Sequence record: PQ341120.1 | DNA length: 64,000 nucleotides | Origin: Escherichia phage EAWsc9 | Reading direction: 5' to 3' (one strand) | Part shown: positions 11,647 through 20,176 of the stretch, one piece after another | Layout of the letters: every line of letters starts with the position of its first letter | Position numbering within the stretch: the stretch's first letter is position 1 | The notes under the pieces: model-generated | Databases searched by the model: none | What the model was told of the DNA's origin: nothing | What the model saw: the letters and a program-made list of their open reading frames with translations, nothing else | Program-made: the position numbers and the translations under genes

Positions 11647-12930
11647 ATGCAAAAGATTAATGCACTAATTCACGAATCAACATTAACGGCGGCCAACCAG
11701 GTCGCCCGTCCTAATTTGCTTTCTTATACCCAGGCTACGAATAAACGAATTTTTAAAGCACTCGTGGCCGAACAGAAAACTACCCAGCCTGTTGCAGCCC
11801 TGTATGGTGTTCGTGTTCTGAACCCAGATGATAAAATGACTTATCTCGGTGGAGCAACATTTGCAGGTCAGATTGGTATGTTCGAGCGTAAGAATATTCC
11901 AGAATTTACAAACAAAGACGAAGCTTATGCAGTCGGCGATATGTTCCAGTTTGAAAGTGTTGTGTTCAAAGTTTTGGAAGCATCCCCATTCGCCGGTACA
12001 CTCGAAACTGATTTAGGTGAAGTTATTTCTGAAGCCATTGCTGCTGGGCATATAAGAATGATGTCAGATGCTGCTTTCACTGATAAATTTGAAAAGGGGC
12101 ATCCTGAAATTGCTGAAGCTGGTTTTCGTATCGATAAATGGCAGACTGAAGTTAAATCCAGAAAGCTGAAAACTTCTTTAACTGTCGAGCTTGCACAAGA
12201 CCTGGAAGCAAACGGTTTCGATGCAACAGACTTCATCGATAATATTCTCGGTATTCAAATGGCAGAGGAAATTAATAAGGATGTATTACAATCCCTTATT
12301 ACTGTTAGTTCCCGCTTCAAGGTACAAGGTGTTTCGGAAAAAGGTGTATTGAATCTTACTGACCCGAAATATGATAATGCCCAGGACCGCGCACGAACCC
12401 TGTATTATTATATGTGTGAAATGAATTCTGCAGTTCAACGTCAGACTTCGTTTGCTGGTACATATGCAGTTGCTTCTTCCCGTTGTGCAGCTATTTTAGC
12501 CGCTTCTGGCTGGGTTGAGAAAAAGGAAGACCAGGATGAATTGGCCTATGGTGTTCTGAAGAACGGTTTGCCTCTTTACGCTGATATGAATAGTCCATGC
12601 GATTATGTTATTGTTGGTGTAAATGCAGATATGGGTGAAGGTCAGACGGTCGCATCTTTATATTATGCGCCTTATACGGAAGGACTTAGCGAAGTTGATG
12701 ATGAGGGGGATACCTCGGTTGGGGAATTCAAGGTTATTGTTGACCCTGAAAGTTTACAGCCTACGGTTGCACTGTTAGCTCGTTATGCTTTGACTGCGAA
12801 CCCGTACACCGTTGCTAAAGACGATAAAGAAGCCCGCATTATTGATGGTGCTGATATGGATAAGATGGCTAACCAAAGCCAATTGAGTTCTTATCTTGGT
12901 GTTAAACTTCCACCACTGGAAAAAGAATAA
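11647..12930 (+). CDS. Capsid vertex protein paralog (second gp24-like gene), 427 aa
   Basis: Shares conserved blocks with gene 24 (EINKDVLQSLITVS, ANPYTVAKDDKEARIID, SRKLKT.LTVELAQD); start immediately follows the gene 24 stop. Confidence 0.85.
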   Translation: MQKINALIHESTLTAANQVARPNLLSYTQATNKRIFKALVAEQKTTQPVAALYGVRVLNPDDKMTYLGGATFAGQIGMFERKNIPEFTNKDEAYAVGDMFQFESVVFKVLEASPFAGTLETDLGEVISEAIAAGHIRMMSDAAFTDKFEKGHPEIAEAGFRIDKWQTEVKSRKLKTSLTVELAQDLEANGFDATDFIDNILGIQMAEEINKDVLQSLITVSSRFKVQGVSEKGVLNLTDPKYDNAQDRARTLYYYMCEMNSAVQRQTSFAGTYAVASSRCAAILAASGWVEKKEDQDELAYGVLKNGLPLYADMNSPCDYVIVGVNADMGEGQTVASLYYAPYTEGLSEVDDEGDTSVGEFKVIVDPESLQPTVALLARYALTANPYTVAKDDKEARIIDGADMDKMANQSQLSSYLGVKLPPLEKE

Positions 12931-12956
12931 GGGCCGCAAGGCCCTTTTTTTATTCA
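12931..12956. terminator. Bidirectional terminator between the gp24 paralog and rnlB
   Basis: GGGCCGCAAGGCCC followed by TTTTTTTATT. Confidence 0.75.
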
Positions 12957-13957
12957 TTAATTAATGCAATCCAAACATGTCTTAATGTTTCTCTTACATT
13001 TGTAATAAGTTGCTTTTTAACTTCAACAGGATTTTCTGTCTGGGTCAATTCAAGGCCTTCACGACCAGCTTCTTCCAGAATATCTTGGACTGTTAGCCCC
13101 ATTACCTTCCCAAAATCCTTCGGCGATACTTCCCCAATTTTACTGATAACATTATTGATACGGTTAACGGTCACGTAATCAGTGAACTTCCATAAAATAT
13201 CCAGGTCTTCCTGGGACAACACAACAGCAGCCTTAATAGGCTTATCAGACTTTTTCTTTTCGCTGAATTTAGAATTCTTGCATTTAATCGCCACACGCTC
13301 GCCGTTAGGTAACCAGGCGGGAACATCAGGTTTTAATACAAATCCTTCAGCAGTGAATACTTTACCTTCCACCTTTGCATCAAAATCAGTGGTATTTGCT
13401 GTAGTCAAGCCTGCGTTATCCACTGTAAAATTGTAATCAGGAACAACAGAATCCAGGTCATTAGGGAGCTTAATCAAGTCTTCAAAGCTTCCGGTAGCCA
13501 GTCGCGGAGCAACCTTAAACTTATGGATAATACAGAATGCTTCCATCAAGGTGTCAGTCAGGACAGATTCAGTTCCATCTTCCTTAGTAACGCGGATATC
13601 AAACACATAGAAATCTTTATCGCCGTAATCCACATTCTTCTGGATACCTGTACCAGCAAACTCACCATAAATCTGGTAAGCCTGGTAATTAATATCCTGT
13701 AAAAGTTTCTGCACAGATTTAATAGAATCTGCGTAGTTCTTTAATACAATTTCATAACCATAGAAATCTTCTGCAGGTAGAATAGGTCCAGTGCGTTTCG
13801 CGCATGTCACATTGTCTTGTTCAATGATTAATGAAAAGTTGGTACCATGAATCTTTTCACGAGCTACCCATTCACCGCTGGTGAAGCCTTGCAGGCGAAT
13901 CTTTTCAATGAACTTGTTATTATAGTGATTTTCAAGGCTGTTGTATTTCTTAAACAT
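12950..13957 (-). CDS. rnlB: RNA ligase 2, 335 aa
   Basis: MFKKY.SLENHYN.KFIEK...[13 protein letters not shown] (lysine nucleotidyltransferase motif KxHG) as in T4 Rnl2. Confidence 0.95.
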   Translation of the reverse strand: MFKKYNSLENHYNNKFIEKIRLQGFTSGEWVAREKIHGTNFSLIIEQDNVTCAKRTGPILPAEDFYGYEIVLKNYADSIKSVQKLLQDINYQAYQIYGEFAGTGIQKNVDYGDKDFYVFDIRVTKEDGTESVLTDTLMEAFCIIHKFKVAPRLATGSFEDLIKLPNDLDSVVPDYNFTVDNAGLTTANTTDFDAKVEGKVFTAEGFVLKPDVPAWLPNGERVAIKCKNSKFSEKKKSDKPIKAAVVLSQEDLDILWKFTDYVTVNRINNVISKIGEVSPKDFGKVMGLTVQDILEEAGREGLELTQTENPVEVKKQLITNVRETLRHVWIALINE

Positions 13958-14040
13958 AATCTCTCACTTTTGATGTTATAAATATCATTATAAATTAGAC
14001 CCGCTATACTTTCTTTCTCTGAAAGGAATTAATAGTCACA

Positions 14041-14085
14041 AAGGGTCTAGAACCATTATACCGCATTTTTATTTGAAGCAAAAAG
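14041..14085 (-). promoter_or_regulatory. MotA-box middle promoter upstream of rnlB with conserved downstream element
   Basis: Minus strand reads TTGCTTCA, 12 nt, GTATAAT, GGTTCTAGACCC; 21-nt block identical to the one at the uvsY promoter. Confidence 0.5.
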
Positions 14086-14087
14086 GG

Positions 14088-14351
14088 TCAGAATTTTACA
14101 TACAGCATTGGCTTGGATTCTTGCCAATCATAATTCCAGGTAAAAGATGTAAATTTTTCTGCTCGCAGAAATTCAGATATCTTTGCGCGGTTTCCTTCTT
14201 CATACTCTTTTTCAGAAACTGCCATATTAACAGCATCTTTGCCATTCTCTGCGGCGGCAATAGCCACTTTGCGAAATATAGAGATAAAGTCATTTGCAAC
14301 TTTATCTTGTGACTCTTTGGCTATTTGGCGTAGTTCTTCTGCGAATGTCAT
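14088..14351 (-). CDS. Hypothetical protein, 87 aa
   Basis: Minus-strand ORF with ATGA overlap to the upstream gene; corresponds to the T4 24.2/24.3 region. Confidence 0.6.
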   Translation of the reverse strand: MTFAEELRQIAKESQDKVANDFISIFRKVAIAAAENGKDAVNMAVSEKEYEEGNRAKISEFLRAEKFTSFTWNYDWQESKPMLYVKF

Positions 14352-14551
14352 TTCTTCACCTTTTTGTTATTCAAACGTTTACGATAAACAATCTTTTCTT
14401 TCGCTTTAAATTTAGCTTTGGCTTGTTCTACATCAACCCAGGCCTTTGCCATCTCTTTAGCAGTCCCGCCTAATACCTTGGCGATTTCAATAAATGTCAT
14501 ACCAGATTCATGCAGAAAATGTACTTTAACCTTATCCATAATGATTCTCAT
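14348..14551 (-). CDS. Hypothetical small basic protein, 67 aa, possible helix-turn-helix
   Basis: ATG start; basic C-terminal half; T4 24.x region. Confidence 0.6.
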   Translation of the reverse strand: MRIIMDKVKVHFLHESGMTFIEIAKVLGGTAKEMAKAWVDVEQAKAKFKAKEKIVYRKRLNNKKVKK

Positions 14552-14685
14552 GTTGAGTTAGTGAAGCTATCTTAACATGGAATTTTTAACTTGTAAACAT
14601 GATTTTTATGCCAGATGAACAATTGCATGGTATGGTCACAAAGACTCACTAGAGAAAAGGGCCCAGGCAACGTTTGCCTAGTACC

Positions 14686-14712
14686 ATAAAAATAAAGGGA
14701 CCCGAAGGTCCC
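14686..14712. terminator. Terminator after hoc
   Basis: GGGACC-CGAA-GGTCCC flanked by A-run and T-run. Confidence 0.7.
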
Positions 14713-14719
14713 TTTTTAA

Positions 14720-15568
14720 TTAATAAACGTAATCGTATATAATACCAGTTTCTAAAGCGGTGCGATGAATAACTCGACCATTACGAGATTCTTGTACATC
14801 AACCTCTGGATAGTCGGTAATCATTTTTTGAAGTGTGTATCGGTGCAAATAATACGGGCTATCTGGGTCATCAGTTTTCCAGTCTTGTCCGGCAAGAGTC
14901 ATTTTCTGAATTTCATCCATAACCCACCAACCACACCAGATATAAGCTGAATTACGTACTGGCAATGGATGAACGTAAGGTAATTCGCCGTCTGGAACAG
15001 GTGCGACTTTAGCCGTAACTGTTACATTACCAGTTTTGGTAACGGTTACAGGGTTATAATCTGTAGCAGATACAACAACAGAAACTTCAATTAACTGGGA
15101 ACCTTCGGCGCTTGTATCGATTGCTAAAGTATCCATGGTGCCAACTACAGGAGAACCGTCTTTCTTCCAAGAATAGGCAAAAGTAGCACCAGCAGGCGCA
15201 CCGGCTACAGTAGCTTTAAAAGAAGCCGGAGTATCTTCCGGAACATTAATTGATTCTGGGGTTAATGTCACAGAAACACCAGACATAGTTTTATTCTGGA
15301 TAGTTAAAGTTGTCTCAGCCTCAGCAGTTTCCGGTTCACCGTCTGCCGGAGTGGTAGTTGCAACAACTTTAATAGTCTTACTGCCTGCTGGGCCAACAGC
15401 GACATAATCCATTGCTGCAGTCACAGAAGATTGAGGAACGCCATCAACGGTCCATACAAATGATTCAACACCTTCAGCTGCAGCACCAGAGCCGGTTGCA
15501 GTGAAATTGGTTGTTGCTCCAATAACGGCCGTAGCCGCCAAAGGAGCAATAGCTACGGTATAAGCCAT
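14720..15568 (-). CDS. hoc: Highly immunogenic outer capsid protein Hoc, 282 aa
   Basis: Ig-like domains and conserved C-terminal capsid-binding region (LPYVHPLP...YIWCGWWVMDEIQKMT) as in T4 Hoc; about one Ig domain shorter than T4 Hoc. Confidence 0.9.
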   Translation of the reverse strand: MAYTVAIAPLAATAVIGATTNFTATGSGAAAEGVESFVWTVDGVPQSSVTAAMDYVAVGPAGSKTIKVVATTTPADGEPETAEAETTLTIQNKTMSGVSVTLTPESINVPEDTPASFKATVAGAPAGATFAYSWKKDGSPVVGTMDTLAIDTSAEGSQLIEVSVVVSATDYNPVTVTKTGNVTVTAKVAPVPDGELPYVHPLPVRNSAYIWCGWWVMDEIQKMTLAGQDWKTDDPDSPYYLHRYTLQKMITDYPEVDVQESRNGRVIHRTALETGIIYDYVY

Positions 15569-15577
15569 AATAAACCC

Positions 15578-16243
15578 TTATTTTAAAGTGACAAAAGATG
15601 AGTTACGAGTTTCTCGTACTAGAACAGACCCATTACGATTGATGTAATAAATCAAACTGAATAGGGTTTGATGCGCGGTGGGATGTGGGAAAGCAGTTGG
15701 ACGTTCTTTCCAATCCGGAGTCTCAGAAATCCACTGATAAATCCACCATGGAACAGTACAGAATCCAGGGTTCTTGCCAATAAGCATAAGATTTGGACTA
15801 AAGTTTTTTGGTAGAGCAAATACAGGTTTTTCAGATTCGATAACCTTAGCAACAGCTGCTTCGAACTTTTCTTCGATAAAAGGAACATCTTCTTCGACCA
15901 AAACAACTGGTTCTTCGATTTCAACAACTTCAACCTTTGCTTCGGTTGGAGCATCAAATAAGAGTTTAGCTTCTTCTTTAGCTGACTCATCGCCATCAAA
16001 TTTAGCACCTGACAATTCATCGTCAGCATCAATAAGGTCGGTGATGCTCAGGCCTTCATTATCATCAGGCATAGGCATGTCAGCAAATGCTTTAAGTCCT
16101 GCTTCCAGGTCAGCCAACATATTATCAAAGGTTTTTGTTTTCTTAACATCAACGCCAAGTGATGCTGCATATTCGGCTAATTTTTCTTTGGCTTCTTTTT
16201 TCTCGAGGACACGAATTTCCTCAATGTAGTTCTTGTCAATCAT
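15578..16243 (-). CDS. inh: Inhibitor of prohead protease Inh, 221 aa
   Basis: Synteny next to hoc and size close to T4 Inh; GAGG RBS. Confidence 0.85.
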   Translation of the reverse strand: MIDKNYIEEIRVLEKKEAKEKLAEYAASLGVDVKKTKTFDNMLADLEAGLKAFADMPMPDDNEGLSITDLIDADDELSGAKFDGDESAKEEAKLLFDAPTEAKVEVVEIEEPVVLVEEDVPFIEEKFEAAVAKVIESEKPVFALPKNFSPNLMLIGKNPGFCTVPWWIYQWISETPDWKERPTAFPHPTAHQTLFSLIYYINRNGSVLVRETRNSSFVTLK

Positions 16244-16261
16244 GATGAACCTCGGTTAGTG

Positions 16262-16269
16262 TATAAATA
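16262..16269 (+). promoter_or_regulatory. Late promoter TATAAATA for uvsW
   Basis: Exact motif about 29 nt upstream of the uvsW ATG. Confidence 0.55.
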
Positions 16270-16297
16270 TAGATATATTTATTACCTTGGAATCATC

Positions 16298-17797
16298 ATG
16301 GATATTAAAATCAACTTTCTAAATTTTAGTCACGTGCATGTTGAATGTGAAGATGGAATCTTCTACGAACTCCGTGATTACTTCAGCTTCGAAGCTGAAA
16401 ACTATCGCTTCAATCCAAAATTCAAGCAGGGAGTTTGGGACGGACGAATCCGCCTCCTGGATTACAATCGTAAATTACCATACGGTTTGGTTAATCAAAT
16501 TAAAAAGTTCGCTGACCAGTTTGGCTATTCATTCTGGATTGACCCACAAATCACCGAGAAAGAAGAAATCTCTCGCGAAGAATTCGACAAATGGGTCGAG
16601 TCAAAAGAAATCTATTCAGGCAATACTAAGATAACGCCCCATTGGTATCAATCTGACGCCGTATATGATGGTCTGGTCAACAGAAGAAAGATTCTGAACT
16701 TACCTACGTCTGCAGGTAAAAGTCTCATCCAGGCGCTTCTGGCGCGATATTATCTCGAGAACTATGAAGGCAAGGTACTTATCCTTGTTCCTACAACCGC
16801 GCTTGTTGACCAGATGATTAATGACTTTGTTGATTATCGTCTGTTCCCTCGTGAAGCTTGTCTGGGTATTCGTTCCGGGACTAAACGTGATTCTGATGCG
16901 ATGATTTATGTATCGACTTATCAGACGGCTGTAAAACAACCTAAAGAATGGTTTGAACAGTTTGGTCAGTTTATGAATGACGAATGTCATATGGCGACAG
17001 GTAAATCAATTTCGACGGTTATCGAAGGCCTTACGAATTGTATGTTTAAATTTGGTTTGTCAGGTTCACTCCGTGACGGCAAAGCCAACCTTATGCAATA
17101 TATGGGTCTGTTTGGTGATATCTTTAAACCAGTATCAACATCTAAATTGATGGAAGATGGTCAGGTCACTGACCTTAAAATAAATAGTATTTTCCTTCGT
17201 TATCCTGATGAATTTACCGTTAAAATGAAAGGTAAAACTTATCAGGATGAAATTAAGGTAATTACAAAAGCTACGCGCCGAAATAAATGGGTAACAAATC
17301 TTGCTCTCAAGCTTGCTAAAAAAGATGAAAACGTCTTTTTGATGTTTAAGAATATCGAGCACGGTAAATTGATGTTTGAAATGCTTAAGGAAGCTGGTCA
17401 TGAGAAAGTGTATTATGTTTCCGGGGAAGTTGATACCGAAACCCGTAATGCTCTGAAGGTCATGGCAGAGAATGGAAAGGGAATTATCGTTGTAGCTTCA
17501 TATGGTGTATTCTCGACGGGTATTTCCGTTAAAAACCTCCATCATATTATTTTCGCTCACCCGGTCAAATCAAAGGTAATTGTACTCCAGACAATTGGCC
17601 GTGTACTTCGAAAACATGAATCTAAATCGACCGCAAACGTTTTTGATATCGTTGATGATATGGGTGTTAAACCTAAATCAGCAAATGCTAAAAAGAAATA
17701 TGTTCATTTGAACTTTGCTCTAAAGCATGGTCTTGAACGCATACAACGATATGCAGACGAACAATTCAATTATGTAATTAAACAGGTGGAAATATAA
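16298..17797 (+). CDS. uvsW: UvsW RNA-DNA/DNA-DNA helicase, about 499 aa
   Basis: MDIK..F..FSHV... plus SF2 helicase motifs (LNLPTSAGKS, DECH); track ORF begins at an upstream GTG, the ATG at 16298 fits the T4 N-terminus. Confidence 0.95.
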   Translation: MDIKINFLNFSHVHVECEDGIFYELRDYFSFEAENYRFNPKFKQGVWDGRIRLLDYNRKLPYGLVNQIKKFADQFGYSFWIDPQITEKEEISREEFDKWVESKEIYSGNTKITPHWYQSDAVYDGLVNRRKILNLPTSAGKSLIQALLARYYLENYEGKVLILVPTTALVDQMINDFVDYRLFPREACLGIRSGTKRDSDAMIYVSTYQTAVKQPKEWFEQFGQFMNDECHMATGKSISTVIEGLTNCMFKFGLSGSLRDGKANLMQYMGLFGDIFKPVSTSKLMEDGQVTDLKINSIFLRYPDEFTVKMKGKTYQDEIKVITKATRRNKWVTNLALKLAKKDENVFLMFKNIEHGKLMFEMLKEAGHEKVYYVSGEVDTETRNALKVMAENGKGIIVVASYGVFSTGISVKNLHHIIFAHPVKSKVIVLQTIGRVLRKHESKSTANVFDIVDDMGVKPKSANAKKKYVHLNFALKHGLERIQRYADEQFNYVIKQVEI

Positions 17798-18024
17798 TGA
17801 AATCCTTTGAAGAAATTATGTACGAAGCATCAATTGAAGGCTTTATGGCTAAGATTGGTTCCTGTCAGACCATGGACGGTCTGAAGGAGTTGGAAGGCTA
17901 TTATAAAAAACGCAGCAAAGAAGCTGAACTAAAAGATTCCGATGATATCAGTGTTCGTGATGCTCTTGCCGGTAAACGCGCCGAGCTTGAGGATATGGAC
18001 GACGACGAAGACGAAGATTTCTAA
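17797..18024 (+). CDS. uvsW.1: UvsW.1 small acidic protein, 75 aa
   Basis: TAATG overlap with uvsW; separate small ORF as in T4; acidic C-terminus. Confidence 0.85.
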   Translation: MKSFEEIMYEASIEGFMAKIGSCQTMDGLKELEGYYKKRSKEAELKDSDDISVRDALAGKRAELEDMDDDEDEDF

Positions 18025-18028
18025 ATAA

Positions 18029-18060
18029 AAAGGCCCCAACCAAAAGGAAGGGGCAAAACC
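18029..18060. terminator. Hairpin terminator between uvsW.1 and the small minus-strand ORFs
   Basis: GCCCC ... GGGGC stem with flanking A/T runs. Confidence 0.5.
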
Positions 18061-18081
18061 AAAAATGGTTAACAACACTAG

Positions 18082-18249
18082 CTAAATTAAAAGTTGGGTC
18101 TCGTTCAGTTGCTCTTCTGTATTTTCCGTAACTGGCAAACTCTGAACATAATTATAACAGGCGCCCGGATGTACCGGACCTTGGTCTGTATCCACAACCA
18201 ATGCAGAATCGATTGGAGTTTTACAGACAACACAAATCTTATCTGACAT
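18082..18249 (-). CDS. Hypothetical small Cys-rich protein, about 55 aa, putative zinc ribbon
   Basis: Hand-translated (not in track): MSDKICVVCKTPIDS...HPGACYNYV...; strong GAGGAG RBS; terminator downstream. Confidence 0.4.
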   Translation of the reverse strand: MSDKICVVCKTPIDSALVVDTDQGPVHPGACYNYVQSLPVTENTEEQLNETQLLI

Positions 18250-18277
18250 GATTGTCTCCTCAGTTAAACTTACATAT

Positions 18278-18388
18278 CTATTTAGTGCTCTTCATAATAG
18301 CAGCACGAGCTTTCATCTCATTAACAATTTCAGTTATTCGGTTTGCAGAGATAACCATCTCGTCGAGAATCTTACTAATATTTTTCAT
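18278..18388 (-). CDS. Hypothetical small protein, about 36 aa
   Basis: Hand-translated (MKNISKILDEMVISANRITEIVNEMKARAAIMKSTK); ATG directly after the uvsY.-1 stop. Confidence 0.35.
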   Translation of the reverse strand: MKNISKILDEMVISANRITEIVNEMKARAAIMKSTK

Positions 18389-18622
18389 TTAATTTTCCTT
18401 AAAGTATCTCATACCAGTATCTATCCCCATATTGTGAGAATAGAACGCATCATCGATGTATCCTGCAAATTTACCTTTAACATAGATAACATCTTCACCA
18501 CAAGGGTGGTCAGCGCAGATACGAATATCTGCACGATTCAATTTCCATTCCTTCATCATATACTTAATTTCTTCTTCGAACTCTTCGTCTTGGTTAAACG
18601 CATCGTCGATAGAATATCGCAT
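18389..18622 (-). CDS. Hypothetical protein, 77 aa, uvsY.-1-like
   Basis: Position immediately downstream of uvsY; size matches T4 uvsY.-1. Confidence 0.7.
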   Translation of the reverse strand: MRYSIDDAFNQDEEFEEEIKYMMKEWKLNRADIRICADHPCGEDVIYVKGKFAGYIDDAFYSHNMGIDTGMRYFKEN

Positions 18623-19056
18623 TATTTGCCTGCCTCGAATTGTCTTATTTCTAACATATGTTTAAGTGCGAAACTTCGCGACTTAACACCATCTAATGCA
18701 GCGCTACAGAAGTCCTGGAGTAGTGCCCAATACTGAATTGAAGTATCAATCTTCAGTATGTTTGAATCTGCTGCCATGACTGTTTTCAATTCTGACTTCT
18801 CGTATACATCCATGCATACCTCTTCCCCTGGGTCACCTCTTCCAGTATAATGGTCTAGTCGTTTTTTCAGTGCAGTTTTCTTCTGAATCTCAAGACGCAT
18901 TATTTCTTTCTTGCAGTTGGTATACAATCTCAACCATTTGCTATGCAACAAAACGTTGTTTTGTGTTTCATATTGAAGTTGCGTACCATCAATTTTTAAA
19001 TCTGCATCTAACTCATCCTGAAAGACTTCTAACTTATATTCAATCTCTGTTTTCAT
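18622..19056 (-). CDS. uvsY: UvsY recombination mediator, about 144 aa
   Basis: Matches T4 UvsY (TQLQYE..NNV.L.SKWL, KSRSFALKHM...FEAGK); first ATG of the track ORF lies inside the promoter -10, so the second ATG is used. Confidence 0.92.
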   Translation of the reverse strand: MKTEIEYKLEVFQDELDADLKIDGTQLQYETQNNVLLHSKWLRLYTNCKKEIMRLEIQKKTALKKRLDHYTGRGDPGEEVCMDVYEKSELKTVMAADSNILKIDTSIQYWALLQDFCSAALDGVKSRSFALKHMLEIRQFEAGK

Positions 19057-19070
19057 AATGTATCCAATGT

Positions 19071-19115
19071 AAGGGTCTAGAACCATTATACAGCCATAAA
19101 ATTAAAGCATTAACC
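19071..19115 (-). promoter_or_regulatory. MotA-box middle promoter of uvsY (position of T4 replication origin oriF) with conserved downstream element
   Basis: Minus strand reads AATGCTTTA, 12 nt, GTATAAT, GGTTCTAGACCC. Confidence 0.55.
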
Positions 19116-19499
19116 GTTTTGACTTAGCTGAATCCTAATTTGTTCGAGGGTATCAGGGTCATCAACAATGCTGAACTGAACCGTTACGATAATGGAGTTA
19201 TCATCATACATAGGGACAACTGCAACCTGTAGATTGCTTATTCTTGGTTCGAAGTTCCGCACCGCGGAGACGATGTTGCGTTTAATGGTATCTGTAATTA
19301 ACGGTGTGATATTCTCAAAAAGCTGATTACTTATATCACATCCAAATTCAGGCATAAAAGGCCGCGACCCTTTTCTTGTGGTGATTATTCCCAGAAGACT
19401 GTTCTTAACAGACCTTGCACCAGTTACTTTAGCAACGTCTTTATCCCAACTTGTAGATAAGTCGGGAGATACATCGCTATACATTTTGTTTATATTCAT
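19110..19499 (-). CDS. 25: Baseplate wedge protein, 129 aa
   Basis: MNINK.YSD...TRKGSRPF.PEFGCD matches T4 gp25. Confidence 0.92.
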   Translation of the reverse strand: MNINKMYSDVSPDLSTSWDKDVAKVTGARSVKNSLLGIITTRKGSRPFMPEFGCDISNQLFENITPLITDTIKRNIVSAVRNFEPRISNLQVAVVPMYDDNSIIVTVQFSIVDDPDTLEQIRIQLSQNG

Positions 19500-20123
19500 T
19501 TACATAAACTTAAAGAATTCTTTAAGCCCCTTAATTACATGGACAGAATGCGCTCCGCACTCGCAAGAGATAGGAATAGCCATTTGGACCTGTGGCTTGA
19601 GAAGTTCTTCGGTTAGTGCATTTATATCATCGAGGGTAATTGCGTTGTACAGGTCCTCTATTTCGGCTTCATTTAAGTCATCAACAACGATGCGCTCGCC
19701 ACCTTCCGTGATAATATATTCGATACAACAAGCAATCATTTTACCTTTATCGCCGTCTTCAAACAACCCAGGATAACGGAATTTAATTTTAAATGCCCCG
19801 AAATCACGAATAACTTCAGACTCATCCACGATGCTTGCACGACTTATAGTCACAGGAATATCTTGTTCCTTTCCGCATTCGCATACCCATGTATGCTCGA
19901 CGTTAACGGCTCCGAGACTATTTGCCCAGAGATTAATAAGAAGCAGCTCGGCTTCCTGTTTGTTTAACCCTTTAGCATCAGTGCATTTATTAAGCAGTTC
20001 AATTATTGCAGGTTCCATACGCTTTTCTAATTTTGCCTGAAGCAAATCTTTGTATTCGCGCAAGGTAAAAGCCCTACAATTTATAGTTTTATTTTTAATT
20101 TGGACAATAAATTCATAAGTCAT
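19500..20123 (-). CDS. 26: Baseplate hub protein, about 207 aa
   Basis: Synteny and size (T4 gp26 208 aa); track ORF starts at TTG, the ATG chosen has an AAGGAG RBS. Confidence 0.88.
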   Translation of the reverse strand: MTYEFIVQIKNKTINCRAFTLREYKDLLQAKLEKRMEPAIIELLNKCTDAKGLNKQEAELLLINLWANSLGAVNVEHTWVCECGKEQDIPVTISRASIVDESEVIRDFGAFKIKFRYPGLFEDGDKGKMIACCIEYIITEGGERIVVDDLNEAEIEDLYNAITLDDINALTEELLKPQVQMAIPISCECGAHSVHVIKGLKEFFKFM

Positions 20124-20140
20124 AATTTGCTCCTTTACTG

Positions 20141-20152
20141 TATTTATAAATA
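20141..20152. promoter_or_regulatory. Divergent overlapping late promoters (TATTTATAAATA) for gene 26 (minus) and gene 51 (plus)
   Basis: The 12-mer reads TATAAATA on both strands and sits between the divergent 26 and 51 start codons. Confidence 0.55.
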
Positions 20153-20176
20153 TCAATAAAGATAAAAGGGGATTCT

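Noticed and set aside
13978-13985. Plus-strand TATAAATA in the rnlB upstream region
   Set aside because: No plus-strand gene downstream for over 2 kb; an 8-mer in AT-rich DNA is expected by chance a few times per window.
16259-16297. Longer UvsW N-terminus from the track ORF start at 16259
   Set aside because: That start is a GTG overlapping the late promoter TATAAATA; the ATG at 16298 matches the T4 UvsW N-terminus.
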